From: Chiloscyllium plagiosum
Lineage: Eukaryota
NCBI RefSeq assembly: GCF_004010195.1
Contig: NC_057715.1
Coordinates: 58,073,274-58,137,273 of the forward strand
Reading direction: 5' to 3'
Length of the DNA: 64,000 nucleotides
Part shown: piece after piece, positions 37,031 to 49,849 of the stretch
Position numbering within the stretch: the first letter of the stretch is position 1
Layout: the number at the start of each line of letters is the position of its first letter
The notes under the pieces: model-generated
The model's input: only the letters and a program-made list of their open reading frames with translations
Databases searched by the model: none
What the model was told of the DNA's origin: nothing
Translations under genes and position numbers: made by a program

Positions 37031-37218
37031 CTGGTGTGGAGGTGCCGCTGTTGGACTGAGGTGGACAAAATCAGAAGTCACACATTACCAAGTTATAGTC
37101 TAACAAATTTATTTGAAATCACAAGCTTTTTGTCAGGTGAAGGGGCAGTGCTCTGAAAGCTTATGATTTTAGATAAACCTGTTGGACTATAACTTGGTGT
37201 CTTGTGACTTCTGACTTT
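37031..37218. mobile_element. Palindromic PLE-derived element, family B variant, inserted in a CR1 3' end
   Basis: Arms CAGAAGTCAC...CCAAGTTATAGTC / GACTATAACTTGG...GTGACTTCTG; decayed core GGGGCAGTGCTCTGAAAGCTT. Confidence 0.78.
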
Positions 37219-38606
37219 ATTCAATAGGATCATGACTGATCCATTTTCCAGTATTTTCCCCCTAACCCTTGATTCCCCGACTGATCAAGAATTCCTGCTG
37301 AGTATCAAGTTGAGCTTTCACCGGTTTCATATTGATTTAAATTTACTTTCTATTGACTTCAACGAGCAGTAAAATCTGACAACACATAGTTTGATGGGGT
37401 CTTAGTACAGATATCAATTGTTTCTGGGGTCTTGAGTCTGCACCACATCAGCAATGCACATATGGTGCAATTATGATATGGAAATAAGCTATTTGGTTGT
37501 AATCATTCATTCATTCCCTGATTCACAATGGTTAACAAGGGAAAGTGGCATAATACAGGCAATTTTTACTCAATTTAAAGGGCAGGCAACAATCATTGTC
37601 AAGGCTGCTCCCTAAGGAATGGAAGAAGGACCAGAGCAGGAGGCAGTGAGAAGGCTCACTGGGTGGACATGGCGGGAGATGGCACTGGAGATCTGACATA
37701 CGACATTTCCCTTACTTTATTTGTCCTGGAATGTGTTCCGGCTTGCCTACAAATCGATTTACCAACAGACTCCAGAACAAACCCATTCGCAACCTAAGAT
37801 GTCAGAACTTCCAGAGGAGGTGGTCAATGCAGTTTCAGTTACAATGTTTAAAAGACATTTAGATAAGTTGATGAATAAGAAACTCTTAGAGAAATATGGG
37901 TAAAGCGCAAGCAGGTGTCTCTAGTTTAGCTTGGGATTATGGTTGCCATAGACTTGTTGGAGCGACGAGTCTGTTTCCACCTATATGCCTTGTAGGATTG
38001 AGCAAAAATCCCCATCATCTAAAATACTGGAGCAAAACCCTGCACTTTTCAAAAACTTTTAAAAATAAAGGGGCAGCTGAGCTGAGCTCTGGAAAAAATA
38101 CACCAACATAAAGATGGCTGCCTGGAACCATTGTTCAGTCTGGAATTCCAATCTTCTATTTGAACAGAACAATCAAGCAAACCTAACGCTCTAGACTGAA
38201 GCTACCTTTTATACCTCGAGCTACCCAACACAGACAATATGGAACCTATACAGATACCAGATATTCAACTTCAATCAGCATTCATTCACAGAGATATCGG
38301 GCATTCAACTTCAAACAAATCCATTTACACATGCTCTTAACAATCGGAAGCCAGCTGACTTCAAAGAGAGCACCAGTAACACAATGGCAAGCGCAGATTT
38401 GGTGTGAAGATAAGAGGCCCACAATTAGTGTAATTGCAGCCCTGATCTCACCGGAACAAGCTATCCCACAGCTATCTCCAGAAGAGAGATCCCAAAGAGC
38501 TATCTCCCCGAGAGCTACTCCCCCAGCAGCGAATTCCAGTGGCTATTTCCAAGAGCTATCTCCGGAAAGGGGATTCCGACAACAATGCCAAAACCTACAG
38601 ACATAG

Positions 38607-38772
38607 TCCAGAGTGTGGTGCTGGAAAAGCGCAGCAGGTCAAGCAGCATCTGAGGAGCAGGATAATCAATGTTTCAAGCAAAAGCCCTTAATCAGGAATG
38701 CTTGATGAAGGGCTTTTGCCCAAAACCATACTTTCGACTCTGATCTCCAGCATCTGTAGTTCTCACTCTCTC
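38607..38772. mobile_element. Palindromic PLE-derived element, family A, internally deleted
   Basis: GTGTGGTGCTGGAAAAGC...AAAAGCCCTTAATCAGGAATGCTTGATGAAGGGCTTTTGCCC...CTCCAGCATCTGTAG. Confidence 0.82.
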
Positions 38773-38917
38773 ATAGACCTATACCAAGCCAGTGGAACCA
38801 ATGGCAACTGACCACAACCAACAGACCTAAGAACCGACAACCTCTAAAAACCACTGACCCACCAGCATCACAAGGCCTCAGACACATCCTGAGGTGAAAA
38901 CTGGGCCCGCTATACCA

Positions 38918-41155
38918 CCTGCACCCCAAGGTCTCTGTTCAGCAACACTCTCCAGGGCCTTACCATTAAGTGTATAAGTCCTGCTCTGATTTGCTTTTCC
39001 AAAATGCAGCAAATCGCATTTATCGAAATTAAACTCCCATCTGCCACTCCTGAGCCCATTGGCCCATCTGATCAAGATCCCACTGTACTCTGAGGTAACC
39101 TTCTTCGCTGTCCACTACACCTCCAATTTTGGTTTCATCTGCAAACTTTCTATCTACACCTCCTATGTTCACATCCAGGTCCTTTATATAAATGATGAAA
39201 AGCAGTGGACCCAGCACTGATCCCTGTGGCATGCCACTGGTCACAGGCCTCCAGGCTGAAAAGCAACCCTCTACCACCACCCTCCGTCTTCTACCTTCGA
39301 GCCAGTTCTGTATCCAAATGGCTAGTTCTCCCTGTATTCCATGAGATCTAATCTTGCTCACCAATCTCCCACAAGGAACCTTGTCGAAAGCCTTACTGAA
39401 GTCCATATAGATCACACTTACCGCTCTGCTCTCATCAATACTCTTTGTTACTTCTTCAAAAAACTCAATCAAGTTCATGAGGCATGATTTACCACGTAGA
39501 AAGCCATGCTGACTATCCTTAATCAGTCCTCACCTTTTCAAATACACATAAATCCTGTCCCTCAGGATTCCTTCCAACAACGTACCCTCCACCGACATCA
39601 GGCTCACTGGTCTATAGTTCCCTGTGTTTTCATTACTACCTTTCTTAAATAGTGGCACCTCCAGTCTTCCGGCACCTCACCTACGATTATTAATGATACA
39701 AATATCTCAGCGTGGGGCCCAGCAATCACTTCCCTAGCTCCCACACAGTTCTCAGGTACACCTGATCAAGTCCTGGGGATTTATCCACTTTTATGTGTTT
39801 CAAGACATCCAGCACCTCCTCCTCTGTAATATGGACACTTTACAAGATGTCACCATCTATTTCCATGCACTTCTGCATGATAAAAACTGATGCAAAATAC
39901 TTGTTTAGTATCTCCCCCATGTCTTGCCGCTCCACACATGGGCTGCCTTGCTGATCTTTGAGGGGCCCTATTTTCTCCCTAGCTGCCATTTTGTCCTTAA
40001 TATATATATAAAATCCCCTTGGATTCTCCTTAACCCTATTTGCCAAATCTCATGTCCCCTTTTATCCCTCCTGATTTCGCTCTTAAGTATACTCCTACTG
40101 CCTTTATACTCTTCTAAGGATTCATTCAATCTCTCCTGTCTACACCAGACATATGCTTCCTTTTTTTTTCTGAACTAAAACCTCAATTTCTCTAGTCATC
40201 CAGCTTTCCCTACACCTACCAGTCGTTCCTTTAACCCTAACAGGTATGTACTGTCTCTGGACTCTTGTGATCTCATTCCTGAAGGCTTCCCATTTTCCAG
40301 CTGTCCCTTTATTGCAAACATCTGCCCCCAATCAGCTTTTGAAAGTTCTTGCCTAATACCATCAAAATTGGCCTTTCTCCAATTTAGAACATCAACATTT
40401 AGATCTGGTCTATCCTTTTCCATCACTATTTAAAACTAATGGAATTATGGTCACTGACCCCAAAGTGCTGCCCCACGGACACTTCAGTCACTTGCACTGC
40501 CTTATTTTCCAAGGGTAGGTCAAGTTTTGTACTATCTCTAGTAGGTACATCCACATACTGAATCAGAAACCGTTTTTGTACAAACTTAAATTCCTCTCCA
40601 TCTAAATGCTTAACACTATGGCAGTCCCAGTCTATGTTTGGAAAGTTAAAATCCCCTACTATAACCACCCTATTATTCTTACAGATAACTGAAATCTCCT
40701 TACAAATTTGTTCCTCAATTTCCTGCTGACTACCAGGGAGTCTATAATGCAATCCCAATATGGTGAACATCCCTTTCTTATTTCTCAGTTCCACACAAAT
40801 AACTTCCCTGGATGTATTCCCCAGAATAACCTCCCTAAATACAGCAGTAATGCTATCCCTTATCAAAATCGCCACTCCTTCTCCTCTCTTGCACCCTTTC
40901 TGTTCTTTCTGTAGCATTTGTATCCTGGAACATTAAGCTGACAGTCTTGTCCACCCCTGAGCCACGTTTTATGTAATTGCTATGATATCCCAGTCCCATG
41001 TTCCTAAAAATACCCTGAGTTCACTTGCCTTCCCTGTTATGCCACTTGCATTGAAGCAAATGCAGCCTAATTTATCAGTCCTACCTTGCTCTCTGCTTTG
41101 TTCCTGCCTGCTGTTTGACCCCCTTTTCCTCCTGTACGAGTCTCAGATTGATCTC
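38918..41155 (-). mobile_element. CR1 LINE ORF2 (endonuclease plus RT), 3'-truncated
   Basis: ORF 40426-40917 GVAILIR...VIVGDFNFPNIDW...VSDHNSISF; ORF 39029-39478 YMDFSKAFDKVP...VTSGMPQGSVLGPLLFIIYI...KFADETKIGG. Confidence 0.94.
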
Positions 41156-41157
41156 TC

Positions 41158-41320
41158 ATGCAACGCCATATTAAAGAAAAATCTCTGTTTAGAAACAGTG
41201 CTTAAAGTGTTAGCGATGTAATCATCTTACAGCCACTACACATTTTAAAATTTCATGCTGTAGAAACAGTGTCTCCGATTTGTCAATCGCGTTACAGTGA
41301 ATTTGCAATAACGACCTGTA
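41158..41320. mobile_element. Tigger-family MITE end
   Basis: Ends AACGACCTGTA, i.e. TA plus CAGGTCGTT on the minus strand, the same terminus as the Tigger at about 18281. Confidence 0.6.
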
Positions 41321-42514
41321 CCCTGATTGTACAGTCATAGAATTATGATGCAAGGGGAAGGATTAAGTATCTACCCCACCCAGCTCCCACTACTCACTCA
41401 AACATAAATCACACCCTTGGCTTGTTGGAATTGGTATGAACATAATTATGATTTAGGAAATATCAGAACATTGTGACAGTACAGTAGCATTTAAAATACA
41501 AACTCTGTATTCAATGATACTGATTTATTTTCCTAAATTTGTCCAAAGATAAAGAGGAATATCATTGTAAAATAAACAAACTTTTTTTTATTGATGTTAC
41601 TGTTATTTTCATGCTTCTTTACTCTGAGATTACATGTCAAATTTTATGCATAATGCTTCTGTCACTTCACAAGAACAACTGGCAAAAAAACAGACATAAC
41701 CTCAGGACATTTTATTCATGGCAGAACTAGATCTACATATAACATTGTACAGATATTAAAAAATTGATCTGGTGCAACTTAAAAAGATCAAATTTTAGAA
41801 AAAACAAATGATTCTTTGACAATACATTGTGCTTGTACCATCAACAACCTATTACATCAAAATATTTCGGGAGGTTGGTGAGAAGTACATTAATCAATAA
41901 CCAGAACAGACTGCTTCTCAAAAATGATGTTACAATATTATCCTGACTACCTGGAGCCTGATCTTGTTTCCCAAGCAACACACAGTATCGCATGATCACT
42001 ATCTGTCTATCACTGAAACAGACAGGACAGAGGAAGATAAAACTGACTGTACTATCCTCACTAAATCAGTGTCTTTTTCATCATAAATTTTATATTCACA
42101 TCAGAAACAATCAGGTTTACTTTTTCTGTTAGATGACCAATAGTCAAGTATTTAAGTTAACTCTGTCAATAGTTTCTAAGAAAAATATCAGAAGGAATTG
42201 AAGTTCTGGTATATTGATATTGTGCCGACATATTTCGCTAGGAAAAGCCCCCCTCAATGCCAATGAAAAATTTCTAATCTTTTGGATATGTCCCACAGAA
42301 ATGCTATGAAGATGTAAGGGTACTGTACCTTTATGAGAGTTGAAGGACTTAGCAAGCACACAGAGTGCTGGGGAATGTACAATGTAATCTTTGGTCCAGC
42401 AGCTAGCAGTACCTGGGTTGCTATGAGACAAAAAATAATTTCAAGTTCGGCCAATCAATTTAAATGATGTTCCAGGATACTAACCTCCAATCAAGTTTGA
42501 ATTCAATATTTTGA

Positions 42515-43033
42515 CAATATTAAAACCAATGAAACAATCCAATGTTTTGGGGTATAAGACCGGAGAAAATTGAACAGTTGGAGGAGAACTGCCAAAAGAT
42601 CAACAGATGTAGGCTGCTTGTAAGAACTCTCTGAGAGGTACCTGGCTGGAGAAGGAGTTTGCACAGGTAAAAAAGATCAACACCGACCTGGAGAGCAAAT
42701 CTACAGAGGAAGATACCAAGAGAAGATTCGACAGCTGGCTGGTTTGAAATTTGATTTTTTCTAAAAATCTTAATCGGGGGTTTTATTGGACCAGCATTGT
42801 AGAGAGGAAGGTAAAACATAGCTTTAGATAAATGAGATGTAAATGGTTTAGTTAATTATTCTCTGTTAGATTTTCAAAAAAAATTAAAGTTGTTAATTTT
42901 TACTTTAAATAATGACTTTTGGGATAATTCTTTGCCTCTCAAATTTTAACAGATTACAGCACGGGTTAAATCATTTCTGTGATGCAGGTTTAAATTAGTG
43001 GGTGGGGTGAAGGGTTTACCCCATGCTGTAACG
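42515..43033 (+). mobile_element. Probable solo LTR fragment
   Basis: CCAAT boxes, then GGGGTATAAGA (TATA-like), an AT-rich region, and an end GGGTTTACCCCATGCTGTAAC. Confidence 0.45.
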
Positions 43034-43309
43034 TTCGCATCTAACTTTTATTTCCTAGAATCTAAATTATCACTGCACACTACTTTCTTAATGAACTTTT
43101 AAAGAAAGACGGACTGCTTAGTGACTGAAGAGCATGACAATTCATACTGAAGTGCAATATTACACAGTGAACATGTTATTGTATTATCTAGACATTTTGT
43201 TATTGTGAGGAAACTGAAGAACCTTCCAATGGCCAAGGCTGTGTGCCTTTAATAGTTGTAAAGGGTAAATAATTCTGGCATCACCTCAATATTGAGTAAC
43301 AACATGGCA

Positions 43310-43605
43310 TGGGGCAGCACAGTGGTTATCACTGCTGCCTCACAGACCAGGGACCAAGATTCAATTCCAGCCTTGACTGGCTGTTTGCACCATGTTCCAG
43401 TCTCCTCCTAGCATAAAAAGATGTGCAGGTTAAGTGGATTGACCTTGCTAAATTGTCCGTAGTGACCATAAATCTGTAGATTAGGTGGATTAGTCCTGTA
43501 AATGTGAGATTACAGGGATTGGATGGGATGCTCTTCAGAGGGTTGGTGTAGACTTGATGGGCTGAATGGCCTCTTTCTGCACTGGAAGGATTCTCTGATT
43601 CTGTG
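43310..43605 (+). mobile_element. Older HE1-like SINE
   Basis: GGCAGCACAGTGGTTATCACTGCTGCCTCACAG...GATGTGCAGGTTAAG...GATGGGCTGAATGGCCT. Confidence 0.8.
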
Positions 43606-43834
43606 ACAAGGCACCACAATATCACTGAAAAATATATTCACCTCTTTTGCCTAAAATCGAAATGTTTCTTGGCCTCTGTAACCATCACACCTAGAACTGG
43701 CTCAATTCTAAATGCACATTATATCCACTCATTCATCTTAATCAATGCTATATTGCAGACGAAAATAGAAATTGCTGGAAAAGCTCATCAGGGCTGGCAG
43801 CATCTGTGGCGAGAAATCAAGAGTTAATGTTTTG

Positions 43835-46024
43835 AGGCTTTCTCAGGTTCTTGGGACTTGTTAATTATAGCTAATTTGTGTCTTCTGGCAAATATGCTAA
43901 ACCCCTGCATCGATTACTGGAAAAAGGAAGGCTGTAGAAATGGACCCAGGAATGTGAAGAGGTTTACCAGGAGGTAAAGAAAGCACGAAAAATGTCAGAA
44001 GTATTGACTCATTTTGACCTGAAGTTGCCACTGCAGTTGGCATGTCATGCCTTTGCCCTATGGGGATGGTGCTGTACTGTCACACATCTTGCCAATTGGA
44101 GAGGAAAGGTCTTTCACATTCGCATCAAGGTCACTAACAAAGATGGAGGGAAAGCATGGCCAAGTGGAAAAGGAAGGATTGAGCATTGTTTTTGGTGTTA
44201 AGAAGTTCACCTGTTTCCTGTACAGCAGGCACTTCATGTTGCTCAAAGACCTCAAGCCGCTAACCTTCAGTTTTGGGCTGTATTTGGGAATACCATCAAT
44301 GGTATTCTGCATACCTGCAGAGATGGGTCCTGGTTCTGTCAGGCTATTTATACGAAATCAGGTACTGACAGTTAAAGAAGCAAGGTAATAGAGATGTTTT
44401 GGCAAGGTTACTACAACTAGGAAATAATGATGCTCCTGACTGGAACCTGAAAATCACGTACTTTTCCCAGGAAGATAAGGTACTGGTATCAATGCGTCAC
44501 GGGCGGAATGCTACCTGGAATGACCAGGCTTGAACCTTAGTGGTGGAATTTTCCTGAGAGGAAGGACTTATCATAGAAACCACTCAGAATTATGCCCTTA
44601 ACTGTCTGTTTCAGATGGGTGTTTAATGTCGGGAACAAGAATTATCATCCGTGCCCATTAAGAGGAAATGTGTTGAAACAAGAGCATCAAGGACACCCAG
44701 GCATTGTGCAAATGAAAGAAATAGCCACAAACTACTTTTGGTTACCGAATGGGAAAAATGGCCAGTTTGAGGTAAAAGCAGCATCTTGCAAATCCTGTGC
44801 ATTATTAAGGAAGGCACCACCATCGTCACCCCTTCACAGATGGGAATGGCATTAATCATCATGGCAATGGAATCAGTGGAATTGATTTCACTGGACCAAT
44901 GGAGAGGTGGATGTTACAGGTGGTCGTGGATGCCCACTCCAAGTGGCCTAAGTTGACGGTCATGAGATCGGTATCAGTGGAAACAATGATAGACCGACTG
45001 GATGAAATATTTGCCAGGTTCTGGAACCCAGAATGAGTTTTGAGCTCGACAGTTTGTGGTGCAAGAATTCAAGGAATACCTGGAAAATAGCAGAGTCAGA
45101 CATGTGAGATTGGTTCCATATCACCCTGTGACTATTGGCCAGGTGGAGAGATTTGTTCAAACCTTGAAGCAGGTCTTAACAGCCTCACAATAGGAGTGTT
45201 CACTAAGACAGCTACTGAACAAGTTCTTTAGCACACACAGGAACACGCCACATGCAACGGCCCAGTGTTCAACCACCAGCTGAGAACCATATTTGACTTA
45301 ATGCAGCCAAAAGAGCCTGGAAAGGCGGTAGTGCAAAATCAAGGGTAGGTGGCCTAGAAAGGCGGGATTCCAAAACCGAGATATCATGTTGGCCTGGAAT
45401 TATATGTCTGAGAACAAATGGATGCCAGCGGTGGTAGGGGTTCAAACAGGACCATTGTCATATGTGGTACAGACTAGGGATGAACAGATCTGGAGGAGAC
45501 ACACGGACCAGCTGCTTGCTGTGCCTCAACAACAGGATGGATCGTACCTCAGAATACTGAGCCAGTCCAGATGGACCACTGATGTCGACTGAGTCATGTG
45601 TCTCTGAGCCAGAGTTAGCCACACACAGGGAGGAAACTATAGTAATATCAGGACAACAACAGCCAATCAGAGAGGAACTGTGGAGCAACAGGAGCTTCCA
45701 GAAGCCTGAGAGACTACAGGAGAAAAGATTCCAGAGACAGTCTACTAGAGGTTTTCATCCCCCTGAGAGATTGATCATATCAATGTAGACTACAGAAGGA
45801 TTGTTAAGCTTTTTTTTTGTAAATATTCCTGACAATGTCCATGTGTTAGCTACAAAGCCTATATATATATATTCAACAAGTGGGTCAGGTGACCCAGAGG
45901 CAAGAACTGGGGAGGCCATCGAAACTGACTGTGGAGCTGAGAGATGCACAATAAAGTATTCCCTGTTCAAGTTTACCCTCCGTATACCTCATGTTCTATT
46001 TATCAAGCTAATAAACCACAAACA
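43835..46024 (+). mobile_element. Ty3/Gypsy LTR retrotransposon 3' part (RNase H, integrase, probable 3' LTR at about 45790-46024)
   Basis: VLTHFDLKLPLQLAC.A; GAVLSH...FASRSLTK...QVEKEGLSIVFGVKKF; integrase HQGHPGIVQMK...CKSC; IDFTGP...VVVDAHSKWP; GPLSYVVQT...WRRHTDQL. The LTR-like tail has TATATA and AATAAA and ends in ACA. Confidence 0.9.
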
Positions 46025-48899
46025 TTATAGTTTATGTACCTTAAAATACATCTTGAGAATGACTGAATGAGACAAAGACTAAAGATCCTCAGAGAAAGAC
46101 TTTGCCATTCACCACTTTTCACAACCCCCAAAAGAAAGCCATATGCATTTAGAGATCTTGGTAAAACCATACCACAGACATTTTGTGTAAAACACTGATG
46201 CAGGTGGTTGGGGTGGAAAAAGTGTGAATATAGTCAATCGGAATGGAATATAGTCAATCAGAATGAAGAGGTTGGGAGGAACAGATAGAAGTAAAGGGTT
46301 AACTACACATAGACTCTAAGAATAGTAGCTATACTTGTTCAGAAGGAGCTATGCCATTGCGATATCAGATCATGGAAAGGAGACCTGAATTTGTAGGGTT
46401 CCAGAGATATCCTCTCTTACCATCCTTGTACATGGTAATGTTGAATAAGAGATGTTAATGTTCACTCACCTGAGTGTACACTTGGATGGGCTACACCTCC
46501 CCCCCACCTACCATCCTACCCTTGGATGGCTGTTATGCTCTGGCCCTGATATTTATTGACTGTGCATGAATATGTTTTGCTGTTGAGTCCTCTTATGCAA
46601 CTGTGAATGTAACAGTATTATCATTTTTTTCATAATTGACAGTTTCCCTCAAAATAACTTGTGTATGTTTTGATACTAAAATAGCAACATTTGATTCTTT
46701 TCATCAATCACTTTGTGTTTTTAATTGTTACAGATAATGACATTAGAGAATATTCGAAGAAAACATGCATTCTATCATTCTTTAAAGATTTCTGGTTGCT
46801 AAGTTACTATTGCTAGGCAAATAGGTTGTTAGCTGACTGTTTAAGCATCGTTTTCTCCAGCAGGCCTTTCCAGTTCCAGAAATTTCTAGAAATCCAATGA
46901 TCACAGATTTCAACGACTCAAACAAAAATGAGTCCACCACAAAAAAAAGGTTTGGGAATTCATCTTGAACTGGTCTTTAAATTTTGAAATTTAAAAACTA
47001 TGTTAATTTATATTGTAAATTATATAGCAATTATAGAATTTTTGATTTAGGTTCACACAAATAGCACATCACAGACACATTGCTGATCCCAGGGAAAGAC
47101 TCCAGCATGTCATCGAATGATAAAACATCAGTCACCCTAAGCATCTAATGTGTGTCTCTGAGATGATTGAGTAAATTCATTGACAGAACCCTAACTGCAG
47201 TCATGGCTTTAACCTAACCCAGCTGGTGGGAATTAAGTGAGTTCGGTCAACGGCCATTTTATACCCAATATAATGCGCAAGTTTCAAAATAAGCTCTATT
47301 TAACAAGCTATATCATGAGTCATTCAGCTATCACGTGTTTCGCTTGAGTAAAAGAATATAAATTCCTATAGATTCTGAAGTAAGCAATGATTTTAGAATG
47401 AATAAGAATGATACAATCAATACATCAAAGTGTTAACTTTTATGTTAAGTATCAGTGATAGCAGAATTAAATAGATTAGTTAAAGTTTTATTGTTCTAAA
47501 ATAGCAATTTCACTGTCATCACTATAGACACCACGCAACTTATGTTCCAGGATAGAAAGTGACTTGCTGAAAGAAAGACCTCTGCATTAAATTTTCAGCA
47601 ATTTGAATGCAATTGTTGATGATAAAATCGAATTGATCTTTCTGTTGCTGTAGTGCCACCTGGCAGTTGTAAGGAAATAGCAGCCAGTTCTTGATTTTTA
47701 TGTTTAAAGCCATTTGTAGAATTAGCAAATCATTACATTTGAGACTTGGATCAATATGATAAATATACAATGGTGTAATAATAAAAAAATGCAAATGACA
47801 AATGCAACCTCATAGAAAGGATGGTCGGAAAAAATTGAATTATGGTTAAAATGTTCCACAAATGTCTTTGATTCTGAAAGTTCTATTGTATTATCATCCA
47901 AGCTGATTTAATTACTAGAAAGTCAGATCCCAGATTGAAATCTGGATTGATAGACCATAATTTGCCTTTTATTTTCATTTACAAGGCAGTGTTTCATGGA
48001 AACACGAGCATGCAATGTCTTAAATTGGTTTCACAAATAAAATTGAAGTTTATGATGTAAAAGAAGATAAAAGAGAAGAAACCAAATTATTGAGAAAAAA
48101 AAATTAGAGTACTTCAAAACATATAGTTAAAAATATAATCCTCTCTATCCGAGCACCATCACTTTACACAATTCAAACACGTAGAGAGACTGGTTCTTTA
48201 TCACATCTATAGATTTAACATAACTGCTTCTTTCAATTCCTGGTCTTAAGAGTTTTGTAGCCTTTTATTTGATCAATTTCAAAATTGAGATTAAACTTTC
48301 TTAGCTTCAAATAATCCATTCAGGATTCTATCTGAATACTTCTGGTCTGGACATTCAACTAAAACCTTTACATTGATGTAAATTATTCACTAACTTTTCT
48401 GAACTAGCTCTTCTCTTCAGCAGAAACTTTCAGACTTCTAACTTACATCAGGAATTCTACAAACTAAGAAATTGAAGTTTCCAAACAAAGGGTTTTTATC
48501 TAGACTAAAAATAATTCCTGGTACATCTAAACGAAAAATAATTCCTGGTACTTCTAATGCTCCCCAATATTTGCACTGTTTGCTTTAATGCTGTCACGAT
48601 GCAAACAAATCCTCATATCAACCTCATATTGTTTTGAAACAATCATGGCTACATAAATACTGGCTAAGTAATCACGAATGTAGGAGTTAATGGCAATAGC
48701 TTAAAAGGAGGCAAATGCTGGGCAAAATGTTTGCGGAACTGCCAAAGATGTCATGGAACCAGGAGAACATTACAGCATCATATTTCATGTAAATATGATA
48801 ATGGACTCTAATGAATGCAGTCAAAAATGAGATGGTTCTGGAATGGGAGGAGTATTGAAGTGCAGCAGGCATTCCTTTTTGATGTGTTGTGTCACTCAG

Positions 48900-49250
48900 C
48901 TGACACAGCTCCTTCACCAAATTGGTGCACATACTGCAACCATGGCAATAGTGAAGCAAAAGGTAGTGTTCTAAAGATGCTGTTCCACTATGTGGAGTGG
49001 TCTGTGTGGGCCCTTCTTTATAGTCAGGAGAGAGTGTGCTGCACAGTCCTAGCATGCTGTGAAATGCACAATTTGAGCAGGTAACACACAGATGTGACAG
49101 ATGCTAAGGAACTAAGGGTACAGGAGTAGTCATTTGAGGAGCATGAGAACACTGAGCTGAAGGAAGCTCATCTTGTGAATGGCAGAGCTCAGTTGCATCA
49201 GGTGCTACACAGCAGACAGGATATGATTGACACCTGATTCCAGTAGGTTC
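48900..49250 (+). mobile_element. Harbinger (HARBI1-like) transposase C-terminal remnant
   Basis: ORF 48815-49084 GSVLKMLFHYVEWSVWALLYSQERVCCTVLACCEMHNL resembles G.LKMRFRCLDRSGGALQYSPERV..IV.ACC.LHN. Confidence 0.75.
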
Positions 49251-49849
49251 TAGCTGGATGCAGAAGAACATTGTGGACTGTCAAGATCAAGATACCATCT
49301 GGTTTGCATTGTTGGTGTGAACTGCATCTTTCTTAATTTGTTTTATGACCCCATTTGTTGACTGTCAATAACAGCTCATGTTTGCTCTAAATGCTTGTCA
49401 TATGTCATGTTCCCCACTGGTCAATGACAAGATAGGAGCAACAAGGCATTAGGGAAAGCGTAGTGGGCATACTGATAGGTAATGTGTACAGCCTGTTGGG
49501 TAAAGACTAACTAGGATGAGGAAACAAATGTCAGCCATACCAGTTGTGTGCAGTGGGCAGCATCACTTCATGGCTGTTATCCCATTACGCCACCAGAGGG
49601 GCATCACCAGATTTCTCACACCAGATTGCACAGTAGCCTCTTAAAGATGGTGAGGTCATGAGGGATGCTGGTCTCCCAGTGGATATCTGGTGAATGATAA
49701 ATTGTTCTGCAAATGTGGTAAAGTGGAGCTATAATTGGACATGAGAGACACTATGGGATGGAGTGCATAATTATTGAGAAGCATTTGGTAAGGTACAATG
49801 AGAAAATCCCACCAAAAACCTGGTGCCATTTGCACTTAGCCAAAAATGA

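Noticed and set aside
48507-48557. Short tandem duplication (another at about 46226-46265)
   Set aside because: An ordinary two-copy slippage duplication, not an array.
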